From positions 288,001 to 352,000 of the forward strand of contig CAWKKR010000005.1 of the NCBI GenBank assembly GCA_963850305.1: a DNA stretch of 64,000 bases. Reading direction: 5' to 3'. The position numbers and the translations under genes were made by a program. The notes beneath the pieces were generated by a model. It searched no databases. It was not told the DNA's origin and was given only the letters and a program-made list of their open reading frames with translations. The stretch is from an uncultured delta proteobacterium (GTDB taxonomy: Bacteria > Myxococcota_A > Polyangia > Polyangiales > Polyangiaceae). Position 1 is the stretch's first letter. Each line of letters starts with the position of its first letter. This document shows, piece after piece, positions 53,065-64,000 of the stretch.

Positions 53065-53780
53065 GCGTCTTCTTCCTCAGGGTGAAGAGTCAGTGCTTGC
53101 TCCTCGAGACGTGCGAGAAGCGTCTCGAGGCTTGCCAGTTGCGAACGCAGCCAGATGAGCAACGTGGCCAGCATCGTCATCGCCAGGAAGCCCACTCCGA
53201 GTGTCACTCGCATCATAGGGTCTCCGAGTCCACCGCCTCCACGCCCTATGACGGTTGGGTGATTGCCGCCCCAGAGAACGACCGCATAATGGATGATTGG
53301 CAGATTCGCCGTGCCAAGAACGCCGAGGGCAGCTGCAAACTTGCGTTCCGCATCGCCGTCGCCCGTGAACGCGCGCAAGACTACGACGGCGACGTACACC
53401 ATCACGCTGAGGAGCGTGGTCGTCAGGCGGGGGTCCCAAGTCCAATAAACGCCCCAGGCCTTCTTCGCCCACAGCGGGCCACTCATCAGCACCATCGCGC
53501 CAAAGACCGTCGCGCACTCGGCTCCAGCGCGCGCCACGGAGTTACGGCGATCCGTCGGACCGGCCAGGTACGCTGCGCTTCCGAGAAAGCAAACGAAGCC
53601 CGATAGATACATCGCGTATGCGGAGGGGACGTGGAAGTAGAAAATCTTCTGAGCAATACCTCCCGCGGCCAGCTGGGCCGTCGGTGTGAGTTCGAAGATC
53701 AGAAAGATGAGGAGAGCAAACACGGCTGCCGCGGCGACGAGAAGCGTCGAAAAAAGGCGATGCGCCGAGGAGGCTTTCAT
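53061..53780 (-). CDS. ccmC: Heme chaperone/exporter CcmC
   Basis: KIFYFHVPSA, GPLWAKKAWGVYWTWDPRLT, conserved His; start uncertain. Confidence 0.92.
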   Translation of the reverse strand: MKASSAHRLFSTLLVAAAAVFALLIFLIFELTPTAQLAAGGIAQKIFYFHVPSAYAMYLSGFVCFLGSAAYLAGPTDRRNSVARAGAECATVFGAMVLMSGPLWAKKAWGVYWTWDPRLTTTLLSVMVYVAVVVLRAFTGDGDAERKFAAALGVLGTANLPIIHYAVVLWGGNHPTVIGRGGGGLGDPMMRVTLGVGFLAMTMLATLLIWLRSQLASLETLLARLEEQALTLHPEEEDA

Positions 53781-53824
53781 GCGGGCCGAGGCTACCATTT
53801 GAAGCGCGATACTGCTTTCCCGGC

Positions 53825-55240
53825 TCAAATCATGCAGTTCGCTCGCGCCAGGAAGGCGGTCAGTCGGGCCTGAAATACCTGAAAGTCTTTGATCAGCAGG
53901 TCGATCTCCGCCTGGCGCAGCTTGCTCGTGCTGTCGATGAGATCGAAGCTCGTGCCACTCCCGTTCACGAAGGCGAGCCGGGAGAGGCGCGCCTGTTCCT
54001 TGGCGACGTCGCGGGCCGTCCGCGCGACCGCCAGGTTGACCTGGGCCACGGTGATGGCGCGGTCCGCCTGCGTGACTTGAAGAGTTACGTCTCGCTTCTT
54101 TTGGGTGAGCGTCTCCCGCGCGATGGTCAGCGCCGCTTCGTTACTACGCCGGAGACCGTAACGATCTCCGCCGTCGTAAAGCAACCATGTGAGCTGTCCG
54201 CCGAGCGTCCAGTTCACGTGGTTGCCGTTCGGCGATATGAGCGTCGAATTCACGTAGCTCAGACTCGACGCGAGGTCGACGCTCGGGAGATACTTGTAGT
54301 CGACCGAAGTGCGATCGCGTTCCGCGGCTGCTACCGCCATCGAGGCAGACCGGATGTCGGCGCGGGCCTCGGTGGGGTCAACGACCTGACAGACCGAACT
54401 CGCGGTCCGCTCGAGGTCGTCGACTCCGATGCTGGTAGCCACGCCCCATCCGACAGTGTCCCCCAGGGCGGCCCCGAGAGATTCGCGCGCCTGACGAAGC
54501 GATTCGTTGGCTGAAATGATCTGTGCGCGGCTCGAGGCGACTTCTTGCTTCGCTCGGAGGACGTCGACCGCACTGGCGGCGCCGAGGTCGGCTCTGCGTT
54601 GCGTGAGCTCTAACGTCGAGAGTGCGGACTCGAGCGACACCCGGCTCGACTCGGCAATGCGGCTCGCAGTGATCACTCCGACCGCTGCCTGAGCGACCGT
54701 GCCGAGCAGAATCCGCTGCGTGTCGAGTGCGTTTTCATCCGCCACGTGCTCGCGTGTTCTCGATGTCCCGACGGTGTACCAGGTGCTGAAGTCAATCACA
54801 GGAACCCGCAGATCGAGCGAGCTGGTGAGTTGCGTCGCTGGGTCCGGTAAGTTGCCGATGCCAGCTGCGTTGTTGATGGAGCTCGCTGTCGTGTCGAAGG
54901 TCAGACCATGACCCAGGAGCAGGTATCGCGTAACGCCTGCGTTCCCCGTTAGCTGCGGCAGGGCACCCGCAAGCGCGCGCCGCGTGGCTGCACGGCTCTG
55001 CTCGACCTGCGCCTGAGAGATGTGCAAGGCGGTCGATCGCGCGTGTACGAGTTCGAGCGCTTGCCGCCAGGAGGCGAGTTCGCGCGCCGGCGGCGGGACG
55101 GGCTCGAGCATCGGATCTTTCACGTCGGGCATCGTGATGCCGTCGGATGGGGTCGCGCCGGCAGGCGCTGCACCAGATTGTCCGAACCCGGAAGTCGCGA
55201 AGGCACACAGGGTGACCAGCGACGCGATCGACTTCTTCAT
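53825..55240 (-). CDS. TolC-family outer membrane protein
   Basis: Signal peptide; ALPQL/YLPSV, LYDGG, G.GTSFDL repeats. Confidence 0.9.
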   Translation of the reverse strand: MKKSIASLVTLCAFATSGFGQSGAAPAGATPSDGITMPDVKDPMLEPVPPPARELASWRQALELVHARSTALHISQAQVEQSRAATRRALAGALPQLTGNAGVTRYLLLGHGLTFDTTASSINNAAGIGNLPDPATQLTSSLDLRVPVIDFSTWYTVGTSRTREHVADENALDTQRILLGTVAQAAVGVITASRIAESSRVSLESALSTLELTQRRADLGAASAVDVLRAKQEVASSRAQIISANESLRQARESLGAALGDTVGWGVATSIGVDDLERTASSVCQVVDPTEARADIRSASMAVAAAERDRTSVDYKYLPSVDLASSLSYVNSTLISPNGNHVNWTLGGQLTWLLYDGGDRYGLRRSNEAALTIARETLTQKKRDVTLQVTQADRAITVAQVNLAVARTARDVAKEQARLSRLAFVNGSGTSFDLIDSTSKLRQAEIDLLIKDFQVFQARLTAFLARANCMI

Positions 55241-55338
55241 CCGTCCCATGAGCCGGTGAGATAGCGGTGAAGACGGACGCGGCAAAGGGCATTCGCGCGA
55301 AATCTCGCGCGCCCAGCGGCGCCCCACCAATCGTCGGA

Positions 55339-55923
55339 TCAGATGCTCGTGGACCAGCGTTCGAGAAGCGAAGCTGCCAGATCGGAGTCCGTCCCGAGTG
55401 CGCGATCCAGGACTCGACGTGCGTCCGCTTTGCGGCCCGCGCGAACGAGGGCATGGGCATAGGACGCGGCGACCTCGGCGTCTCGCGGGCGAGCACGGAA
55501 CGCGCGAGCAAGCCATGGAACGGCCTCTGCCGGACGACCGAGCCCTGCGTCGAGAATGTGCCCGAGGTTGTGAGCGTACGACGCGCACGCAGGGGAGCGA
55601 GCGAGTGCCTTGGCGAAGCAGCTCTTTGCGCTCGCGTAATGACCAAGAAGCGAGAGGGCGAGGCCCAGCACCGCCCAGGTCCGATCGGAATCCTCATGCT
55701 GGAGTACCTCTCGCGCCAGCACCGCGGAGCGCCAGGGTGAGGTTGCCAGGACGAGCTCAGCGAGCTCTCTGCCCGCAAAGCACGCAGCGGCCGAGCCTTT
55801 CGGGGCGTGGCTGTTCAGGCGCTCCAGCATCGGCACCAGATCCCTCGGACCGAGACCTTTCTCGAGAGCCCACTCGACGTCGCTCTGGAGGCGTTGGATG
55901 TCGACGGCGCGGCCCTTCTTCAT
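55339..55923 (-). CDS. TPR protein
   Basis: WAVLGLAL..LG.Y..A...F.KAL, AHNLG. Confidence 0.8.
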   Translation of the reverse strand: MKKGRAVDIQRLQSDVEWALEKGLGPRDLVPMLERLNSHAPKGSAAACFAGRELAELVLATSPWRSAVLAREVLQHEDSDRTWAVLGLALSLLGHYASAKSCFAKALARSPACASYAHNLGHILDAGLGRPAEAVPWLARAFRARPRDAEVAASYAHALVRAGRKADARRVLDRALGTDSDLAASLLERWSTSI

Positions 55924-56101
55924 CGGTCTTTGTCGGATCCTTTTTTTCGACTTCTATCGCCTGCCCAGCGCTCAACTTAGCATTGTTTTTTCTTCGTTTG
56001 ATGATGCGTAACTGCTAATCCGCAAAAGGCGAGCTTACGCAAGAAGCGCGCCGGTCACGCGGCACGGTTCTTGAGCATGTTCGCTTCTCGAGACCGCGCG
56101 A

Positions 56102-58036
56102 CTACGAGCGCGATCGCGAGAGTTCGGGTGCTGCGGGTCGTCCGGCGATGACCGCGCCGTTGAGGGCGTCGAGCGCGCGTTGCACCAGATTCTGACGAAG
56201 CCCGATGAACGTGTGGCGTTGCCGAACGTTGACGTACTCTGTATCGTCGATGGTTATCCCGGCAAGTTGATCGAGCGCTGCATAAAAGTCGCTGGCTCGG
56301 GCGCCATCTTTTCGGCCAATCCCCACGAACAGCTCCACGCTCTCGGGAGAGCGCCCCGGGTCATTCGAGCCCGGCGCGTCTCGCCGGTCGGCGGGCTGCG
56401 GCTTCGTGCCCCGGCCCGGGTCCCGCACTGAGCCACTCATCTCGGCTCGGGGGGGCTCAGGTGCCTGCCGCGGTTCGGGACTGGCTCGGGTCTCGCTGCG
56501 ACCGGGGGAGGGCGGTGTGGCGGCCGCAACGTCTTCGATGGGTTCGCGCGGCGTCATGCCGTTCGTGGTATTCTTCGGATGCTCTCGGTTCGGCCTCGAG
56601 GCGGCTTCTCTCCGAGCCTCGCGCCGTGGCCCTGGACCCGTCGGTTGCGGCGCGGCGCCGTCGGCGACTGGGCGAGGTACCATGGATCGACGCGCCGCTG
56701 CCGCCTGATCGGCCGCCGCAGGACGGGCACCGAGGTGATCTCGGAGCAAGCCGGCGATGATTGCCTCGGCATTTTCGTGCGTCTGGACCCGACGCGAAAG
56801 AGCCAGATCGTCCGGGTGGGCTGGCTGCTTGGCGAAGAGCTCGGCGAACATCTGCACGATGTCCGTCTCAGCACGCGTCTTCAGATCACGTGGAGTCGGT
56901 AGCTCCTTCTCGACGGGCCGAATCTTGTACGTGAGCCGGAGCATGTACAGGTTGCCGATATCCGACGCTTCGACCAGAGAGATGGCCGTACCGGTTTTGC
57001 CTGCGCGTCCGGTGCGCCCCGTGCGATGCACGTACTGCTCGCATGATTCTGGAAAATCGTAGTTGATGACGTGCGTCAGATGCGAAATATCGATCCCCCG
57101 TGCAGCAACGTCGGTGGCGACCAGGAAGCGGAGCTTCCCCTTGCGGGTGGCCTCCATGACCTTCTCGCGCTCCGCCTGCCCGAGATCGGCGTTCAGCCAC
57201 TCCGCGTCGAACCCCTGCTGCTGGAGAGTCGAAGCCACACGCTTCGTGGACTCCTTCGTATTGCAGAAGATGATCGCGCTCTCCGGATTGTCGACCTCCA
57301 GTACCTGCAGGAGGTCGTTCGTCTTGTCTCCTCGGGAGATGTACACGCAGTGGCTGATCTCGAGCGCGCCGACGTGATCCCCGCTAAGCGTGACGAACTC
57401 CGGATTCTTGAGGCGAGTCTCCGCGAGTCGCTGGATCTCTGGAGGGAGCGTCGCGCTGAACAGGAGCGTCTGACGGGTCGCCGGTAGGAAGGCCAGGATG
57501 TCGTCAATCTGCGGCAAGAACCCCATCGACAGCATCTCGTCGCTCTCGTCCAGGACGACCGCACGCACGCCCTTGGGATCGAGCGTCCCGCGGCGCAGGT
57601 GGTCGAGAACGCGACCCGGAGTGCCGGCGACGATCTGAGCGCCAGCGTTGATCTTCTGTATCTGTGCCGGCATCGGCGCACCGCCGTAGACTGCCGCGAT
57701 CTTCGTGCCGCGATATTTCGCAAGCGACTCGAGCTCCCGCGCCACTTGCAGCGCAAGTTCGCGTGTAGGGCAGAGCACGAGCACCTGTACGGCCGCGGTG
57801 TTCCTCCGAACGACGGCATCGACCACCGGTAACCCGTACGCTGCCGTTTTCCCCGTGCCGGTCCGCGCCTGCACGACGAGGTCCAGGCCGCGGCTGACCG
57901 GGTCGAAGACGGCCCGCTGTACGGGCGTGGGGTGTACGTAACCGAGCTCGTCCACGGCCCGGCGCACCTCAGCGGACAGCTTCAGAACATCGAACGTGGG
58001 TGGCGGCGGCGGCGGGGAGGCGGGTTCGTCGGGCAT
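56102..58036 (-). CDS. DEAD-box RNA helicase (CsdA/DbpA-like C-terminal domain)
   Basis: PTPVQ, ARTGTGKT, PTRELA, DESD, SAT, ARGID, HRTGRTGR; C-terminal LFVGIGRKDG. Confidence 0.95.
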   Translation of the reverse strand: MPDEPASPPPPPPTFDVLKLSAEVRRAVDELGYVHPTPVQRAVFDPVSRGLDLVVQARTGTGKTAAYGLPVVDAVVRRNTAAVQVLVLCPTRELALQVARELESLAKYRGTKIAAVYGGAPMPAQIQKINAGAQIVAGTPGRVLDHLRRGTLDPKGVRAVVLDESDEMLSMGFLPQIDDILAFLPATRQTLLFSATLPPEIQRLAETRLKNPEFVTLSGDHVGALEISHCVYISRGDKTNDLLQVLEVDNPESAIIFCNTKESTKRVASTLQQQGFDAEWLNADLGQAEREKVMEATRKGKLRFLVATDVAARGIDISHLTHVINYDFPESCEQYVHRTGRTGRAGKTGTAISLVEASDIGNLYMLRLTYKIRPVEKELPTPRDLKTRAETDIVQMFAELFAKQPAHPDDLALSRRVQTHENAEAIIAGLLRDHLGARPAAADQAAAARRSMVPRPVADGAAPQPTGPGPRREARREAASRPNREHPKNTTNGMTPREPIEDVAAATPPSPGRSETRASPEPRQAPEPPRAEMSGSVRDPGRGTKPQPADRRDAPGSNDPGRSPESVELFVGIGRKDGARASDFYAALDQLAGITIDDTEYVNVRQRHTFIGLRQNLVQRALDALNGAVIAGRPAAPELSRSRS

Positions 58037-58082
58037 TCAGCGGCGGGGCAGCTTAGCAGAGAGGCGCTCCGGCGGACTTAAA

Positions 58083-58544
58083 TCAGCGAGGTTCACCGAG
58101 TTTCTTCTCGATGTCCGCGACGATTCTCCGGCGCTCGGTCACATCGAGCGCCTCGTACCTCACCGAGCGCTCCTCGGCATAGCGCAGCCGATCGACGTCG
58201 CTCAGGGCCCGCGTGGCGAGTTCATCTCCGGCGCAGCGGCCGGTCAGGCCTGGTCTCATCGACCATTCCGGCTGGAGGGCGGCCTGGAAGCCGCCGACCG
58301 TCTCGCGCTCGCCACCGGTCGCCGCCGTCGCTGCCCTACGGGCTCGCCGAATGGCTGTCACGAGAGCGCGGATTCCGGTTCGACACTCCGTCGAGACAGG
58401 AGGCACAGGCGGCTGCCAAGCCTGGTAGATGATCTCGACCGAGCAAACGGCGGTGAAGGTCGTAACGATCCCGGCAAACAAGGCAATACCGATCGCGCGC
58501 CCGCGCCGGTGAACCGAGACGTTTATGCTAGGACCAATGGTCAC
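58083..58544 (-). CDS. Hypothetical membrane-anchored protein
   Basis: TM followed by helical domain; fills the gap in a co-oriented run. Confidence 0.65.
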   Translation of the reverse strand: MTIGPSINVSVHRRGRAIGIALFAGIVTTFTAVCSVEIIYQAWQPPVPPVSTECRTGIRALVTAIRRARRAATAATGGERETVGGFQAALQPEWSMRPGLTGRCAGDELATRALSDVDRLRYAEERSVRYEALDVTERRRIVADIEKKLGEPR

Positions 58545-58574
58545 CGGGAGCGTCCGGGGCGCCTCCGCCGCAGC

Positions 58575-59570
58575 TCAGTTGAGAACCTGAGGGCGCGGCG
58601 TTTCCGGTTCGATGAAGGTTAGCCGGATTTCGCGCTCGAGAGCCGCTTTGACCTCCGCCTCGACGAGATCGACTGCGCCGGCAATGCGCTCCACGTTGCG
58701 CTGGTAAACGAAGATGCGCGCGGCGGGAAGGCCTTCGGCGACGCCCGGTCCGATCGCGTCCAGCATCAGCAAAGCCCGAGGATCGACGCCGTCAACGACC
58801 ACTTCCAGACCGGGTACGTCGCTGACGTAAATCTCGTTCGAGCGAACGTGGCGCTTCAGCTTTTCGTCCAGACCATCGACGATTCGGCGGACGGCCTGGT
58901 CGAACGCCTCGCGGGACAGGGCCCACGTCGGCGGGGGCTGCTCCGCGTCGACTTCCCGGGAACGCAGAAAGGCTTGCGTCGCCCCCGCGCTGTCCCCGCG
59001 GTCGTCGCGAACGAGTCCAAGGTAATAGAGGGCTTCCGAGTTGTGCGGATTGCTTTTCGCCGCGTCCTCGACGAGAGGCGCAGCTTCTTCCACGTTTCCA
59101 ACCTCGAACAAGGCGCGCCCGACGAGAAAGGCGTGATTCGGGTTGTCGAATGGCCCCTTCGGAAATCGAGCAGATAGCGCTTTCGCTTCCTCGATCCGAT
59201 TTTGACCGAGCAACGCGTCGAACTTGAGAAGCAGGGCGTCGACGACCTCGTCATCCGTCTCGGCCAGCTCGAGGGCGAGATCGCACATGAGGATCGCGTC
59301 ATCGAACTCTGCGAGTGGATGAATGTAGACCTCCGCTGCGTTCAGCATCGCTTCGAGGTAGGTATCGTCGAGCGCGATGGCTTGGCGGTAGTGTTCGATG
59401 GCCTCTTCGAACTCTCCCTGAAGGGCCGCGACGTAGCCGAGCAGGTTATACGCCTCGGGCGATTGGCTATCGAGTTCGAGAGCGCGGCGGGCTGAGAGTT
59501 CGGCTCCGCGTGAGTCTCCGCGTTGCACGAGATCCCAGCCTCGGTCGAGGTGAGCGGAGAACTGATCCAT
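58575..59570 (-). CDS. TPR protein with C-terminal degenerate minimal-zincin-like domain
   Basis: Several TPRs; C-terminal RIFVYQRNVER...LEREI. Confidence 0.75.
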   Translation of the reverse strand: MDQFSAHLDRGWDLVQRGDSRGAELSARRALELDSQSPEAYNLLGYVAALQGEFEEAIEHYRQAIALDDTYLEAMLNAAEVYIHPLAEFDDAILMCDLALELAETDDEVVDALLLKFDALLGQNRIEEAKALSARFPKGPFDNPNHAFLVGRALFEVGNVEEAAPLVEDAAKSNPHNSEALYYLGLVRDDRGDSAGATQAFLRSREVDAEQPPPTWALSREAFDQAVRRIVDGLDEKLKRHVRSNEIYVSDVPGLEVVVDGVDPRALLMLDAIGPGVAEGLPAARIFVYQRNVERIAGAVDLVEAEVKAALEREIRLTFIEPETPRPQVLN

Positions 59571-59635
59571 GTCGCCGGAAGAACAGTTAGTGGTCCGTTT
59601 TCGCCGACGAGTCAAGGACCCGCCGCAGCGTGGGG

Positions 59636-61390
59636 TCAATCGTGAACGACGACGCGACTACCGGGGTGCTCGGGCGTGGCCAGAACGCCGTGCCAACCTT
59701 CTGGCAGCCGCGGGTCGGTGTTCATGAACACCCACTTTGCATCGAGCGGTGACAGGTTCACGCAACCGTGGCTCATCTCCGTCCCGTAGTTCGAGTGCCA
59801 GAACGCGCCGTGGAGCGCATACGCCTTGTGAAAGTACATCACGTACGGCACGTCTTCGATGCTGTATGGAAGATCGCCAGCGGCGGTGCCGTCCCCGTCC
59901 ATCGTGGTGGTGACGTGCTTCTCTCGGATGCGATAGTCGCCCGTGGGCGTACTGTGATCCTTGTCCTTGTCGACCTTGTTCTCCTTGCCCGATGAGATCA
60001 GCGTCGCGTAGATCGCGCGCGTTCCTTCGAAGACGATCAGCGTTTGCGTCTTGAGATTCACGTCCACCCAACGTTCGTTGGGCCCGATGTCCGTGGGCGG
60101 CGGTCCGGGCGCCGTGACGCGAAGCTGAGATGCGAGCATCCACGAGCCGTCTTTCGCTTCGAGATACTTCTTGCCCGCGATCGTGGAGTCCTTGCCCGTC
60201 AGAGGGACGAGTGCGTGGTCGGGAACGCCGCCCGATGGCTTGAGCTTCCCGTTCGCGTCGATCTGGTATTTCGTGCGACCCTTATGCCAGCCATAGGTCC
60301 ACGCGAGAGGCAGGGCGACGTGATCGCCGTCGATCTCCGTGCCCTGAAAGTTCGATGGGGTCGTCGTCCAGAATCGATCCGCCGGTGCGACCAGTCCCTT
60401 CGTCGTCTTGTACCAGGGGCGTCCGTTCCAGTTGAATTCGCGGTCTACGGCGACGTAGAAACCCTTGACCATTCTCTTGGCCAGGATGGCGTCGGCGTCG
60501 GATTCGAGTTCGTCGAGCTTCAGCTCGTTCAGGCGCTTGTCGACGTCGTGTCGCTGCCACCACGGCTTCGCGGAGTCGTCGATTCCGCCGTCCGGAAGCA
60601 GCGCGGGGGTCTTCTCATCGTCCGGGTGATCCGCGGTATCGGCGGGGTGAGGCTCCAGTTCGGCTCCCGTTTTCTCGACCTTGCCTTCGCTCGCCGGGTC
60701 ACGGTGGTGTTCGAGTGCTTCCTTCGAGAATGGCAGCGCGGCCTGCTCCGCCTTTGCCGTACCGTCGACCTTCGAGGCCGAGTCGTCCGCTTTCGGCACG
60801 AGATAAGGTTCGTATTGCCGCATCTGCTCCGGGGTCGGGACGGAGCGATAGAGCGGCGTGCCGTTTTTTGCGTTTCGCGCATACGAATAGGGGAGAATCG
60901 CAGCGAGGTCGGGCGCCCGGATCGCAAACCGCGCTTCGGGAGACGACGGGTTCGTGGTTCCGGCATTGGCGCAGACGAAGCCGCCATCGCGCAACTGGTA
61001 CCACCCGTGCGAGCAATCCTCTCCCGGGATCGTGTCGGGCAAGACGGGGACGCGACTACCACTTCTGAGATAGCCAATCTTCTCCCGCTTCGAAGGCGAC
61101 GTCGTGGCGTAGATACCCGTCGAAGCCTCCGTGGCAACGAAGTAGGGGCCCGCGTACGGCTCTGGCGGCGCGCTCGAGGCGGCGGCGCTCGGTTCTGGGG
61201 CGGCCGAGGGAGCCTCCGCCACGGATGCCGCCGGCGTGGCTGTGCTCGAGGGCGGACGCGGCGGGGCGATCGGTGGAGGGATGGCGTTCGTTCGCTGGTC
61301 TGCGCCGGGCGGAGGCTCTTGATGACAGGCGCTTTCCGCGACCAGAGCCGCAGCGATGAGCCAGAAAGCAGTCAATCGAGGAAATCTCAT
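59636..61390 (-). CDS. L,D-transpeptidase (YkuD)
   Basis: VDVNLKTQ, ISSG, TPTG, HGAFWH...SHGCVN. Confidence 0.93.
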   Translation of the reverse strand: MRFPRLTAFWLIAAALVAESACHQEPPPGADQRTNAIPPPIAPPRPPSSTATPAASVAEAPSAAPEPSAAASSAPPEPYAGPYFVATEASTGIYATTSPSKREKIGYLRSGSRVPVLPDTIPGEDCSHGWYQLRDGGFVCANAGTTNPSSPEARFAIRAPDLAAILPYSYARNAKNGTPLYRSVPTPEQMRQYEPYLVPKADDSASKVDGTAKAEQAALPFSKEALEHHRDPASEGKVEKTGAELEPHPADTADHPDDEKTPALLPDGGIDDSAKPWWQRHDVDKRLNELKLDELESDADAILAKRMVKGFYVAVDREFNWNGRPWYKTTKGLVAPADRFWTTTPSNFQGTEIDGDHVALPLAWTYGWHKGRTKYQIDANGKLKPSGGVPDHALVPLTGKDSTIAGKKYLEAKDGSWMLASQLRVTAPGPPPTDIGPNERWVDVNLKTQTLIVFEGTRAIYATLISSGKENKVDKDKDHSTPTGDYRIREKHVTTTMDGDGTAAGDLPYSIEDVPYVMYFHKAYALHGAFWHSNYGTEMSHGCVNLSPLDAKWVFMNTDPRLPEGWHGVLATPEHPGSRVVVHD

Positions 61391-61557
61391 CGAGGACGGT
61401 CTTCTGACTACTCGCTCGGAACGCTGGGGATCCACTTCTCCGCAGGTGCGAGAGACGTGCCAGGAGTCGCTTACGGAACCAAAGTGCCCGGTTGGCGGAT
61501 TTTCGAGGGGTCGCGCCGTGCATCAGTGCCGAGCTTCATCTAGAGAGGGCATACCCC

Positions 61558-62952
<1,395 letters not shown>

Positions 62953-62953
62953 C

Positions 62954-63550
62954 CTAGCCGTTCTCGGCCGTTGCCGTGGCGAGCTCTATGAGGACTCGAT
63001 CCGTCGCTTCCCTTTCGAGCCCCTGGATGCACAATGCCGCGCCGCGGTACGGTTCAACGACCAGGCAGCACGTGTTCCGGATGGCGTCGGGTATGGCGTT
63101 CAATCCGAAATCCATCACGACGCCGAGCGCGATCGCCGCGAGCCCGAGTCCGAGGAGCGACGGCGAGCCCCCCGGGACGCGCACTCCATCGACGAGTAGG
63201 CCCGTCCCCACGTAAGTCCCGACCGCTAGTGCCAGGATGCCGGCAGACATCCCGAGTCGCGGGTATTTCACCTCGCGCGACACGCTCGACAGGTTGGCGA
63301 GTGGGATGACCGTCTCGGTCTCCCGGAGCACTCTTCCGAGGAGCTCCGTGCGTGACGAAATCCGGAGTCCGCGCTCGCTCAGGGTGACGTCGGCAGGTCT
63401 GCGGTACGAAAACACGAATCGGCCTATGACGCGCGCAGCACTGCGGACGAAGGTGATTCCCGTGAGAGCCATCAGGATCGTCACGGCGAAACCGCGTCGA
63501 GACGCGCTCAGTTCTCCGGACAGTCGACTCTCCGCGCCTCCTTCGGACAT
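62954..63550 (-). CDS. Hypothetical membrane protein
   Basis: Two to three hydrophobic segments; GGAAGG RBS-like sequence upstream. Confidence 0.7.
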   Translation of the reverse strand: MSEGGAESRLSGELSASRRGFAVTILMALTGITFVRSAARVIGRFVFSYRRPADVTLSERGLRISSRTELLGRVLRETETVIPLANLSSVSREVKYPRLGMSAGILALAVGTYVGTGLLVDGVRVPGGSPSLLGLGLAAIALGVVMDFGLNAIPDAIRNTCCLVVEPYRGAALCIQGLEREATDRVLIELATATAENG

Positions 63551-63619
63551 CCGCGCCTTCCTACATCGAAGGGCGATTCGACGCGACCGTCTCGAGCCCG
63601 ACGGTTACGAAATAGAGCC

Positions 63620-64000
63620 TCAAGAGGTGAACTGATTGAGCGAGTTCAGGATTGGTCCGGGGCGCTCGAGGCTGCGGTCATCCGTGGGGCGGTTTCGTGC
63701 GTCCACCCGGACGACGACCGGTGCGTAGTCGCGGGCCTCTTCAGGGCTCATCTCCGCGTACGTCGCGAGAATCACGAGATCCCCCGGCTTGTTGAGGTGC
63801 GCCGCCGCTCCGTTGACCGCAATGGCTCCGGACCCGCGCGGCCCTTCGAGCGCATACGTCATGAGACGGGTTCCCCGGGTGACGTTCCAGATGTGGACCG
63901 CCTCGTGAGGGAGGATGTTTGCTGCCTCGAGCAGGTTGGCGTCGATCGTGACGCTGCCTTCGTACTCGAGATCCGCGTGGGTGACCGTGGCCCGATGGAT
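63620..64000 (-). CDS. panD: Aspartate 1-decarboxylase (5'-truncated by window edge)
   Basis: [30 protein letters not shown]; frame open to nt 64000. Confidence 0.96.
   Translation of the reverse strand: MHRATVTHADLEYEGSVTIDANLLEAANILPHEAVHIWNVTRGTRLMTYALEGPRGSGAIAVNGAAAHLNKPGDLVILATYAEMSPEEARDYAPVVVRVDARNRPTDDRSLERPGPILNSLNQFTS

Overview
GC-rich 64-kb chromosomal segment, mostly core genes, very probably from a myxobacterium (Polyangiaceae/Sorangiineae-like). That assignment is an inference from the Cys-rich and 'DGG/DAG' lipoproteins, the IgGFc-binding and IPT/TIG surface proteins, an SVLFSL-motif protein and a giant TPR protein. Housekeeping genes include thiG, a thiE/tenI-like gene, type-2 ileS, leuS-lptE, lspA, lgt, lnt, folD, coaE, proA-rsfS-rlmH, ccmC-ccmD-tatB-tatC, a DEAD-box helicase and panD. 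The one clear accessory feature is an intact IS110 recombinase element (about 9442-10940). It is flanked by an AGTAG direct repeat, and its 5' non-coding region carries internal copies of both junction sequences, as bridge-RNA guides would. It sits at the GTAG end of a REP-like palindrome that heads an 8 x 70-71-bp hairpin array with compensatory changes. Other points of interest are an orphan SctJ ring lipoprotein translationally coupled to a pseudokinase-GYF-TM-AgmX-like protein, a split MrfA/MrfB-like repair pair with a possible LexA box, and an unlisted 42-aa membrane ORF. At least five single-base frameshifts fall in conserved genes and look like long-read consensus errors. No tRNA, rRNA or CRISPR array was recognised. 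All product calls come from motif recognition by eye; no database search was run.
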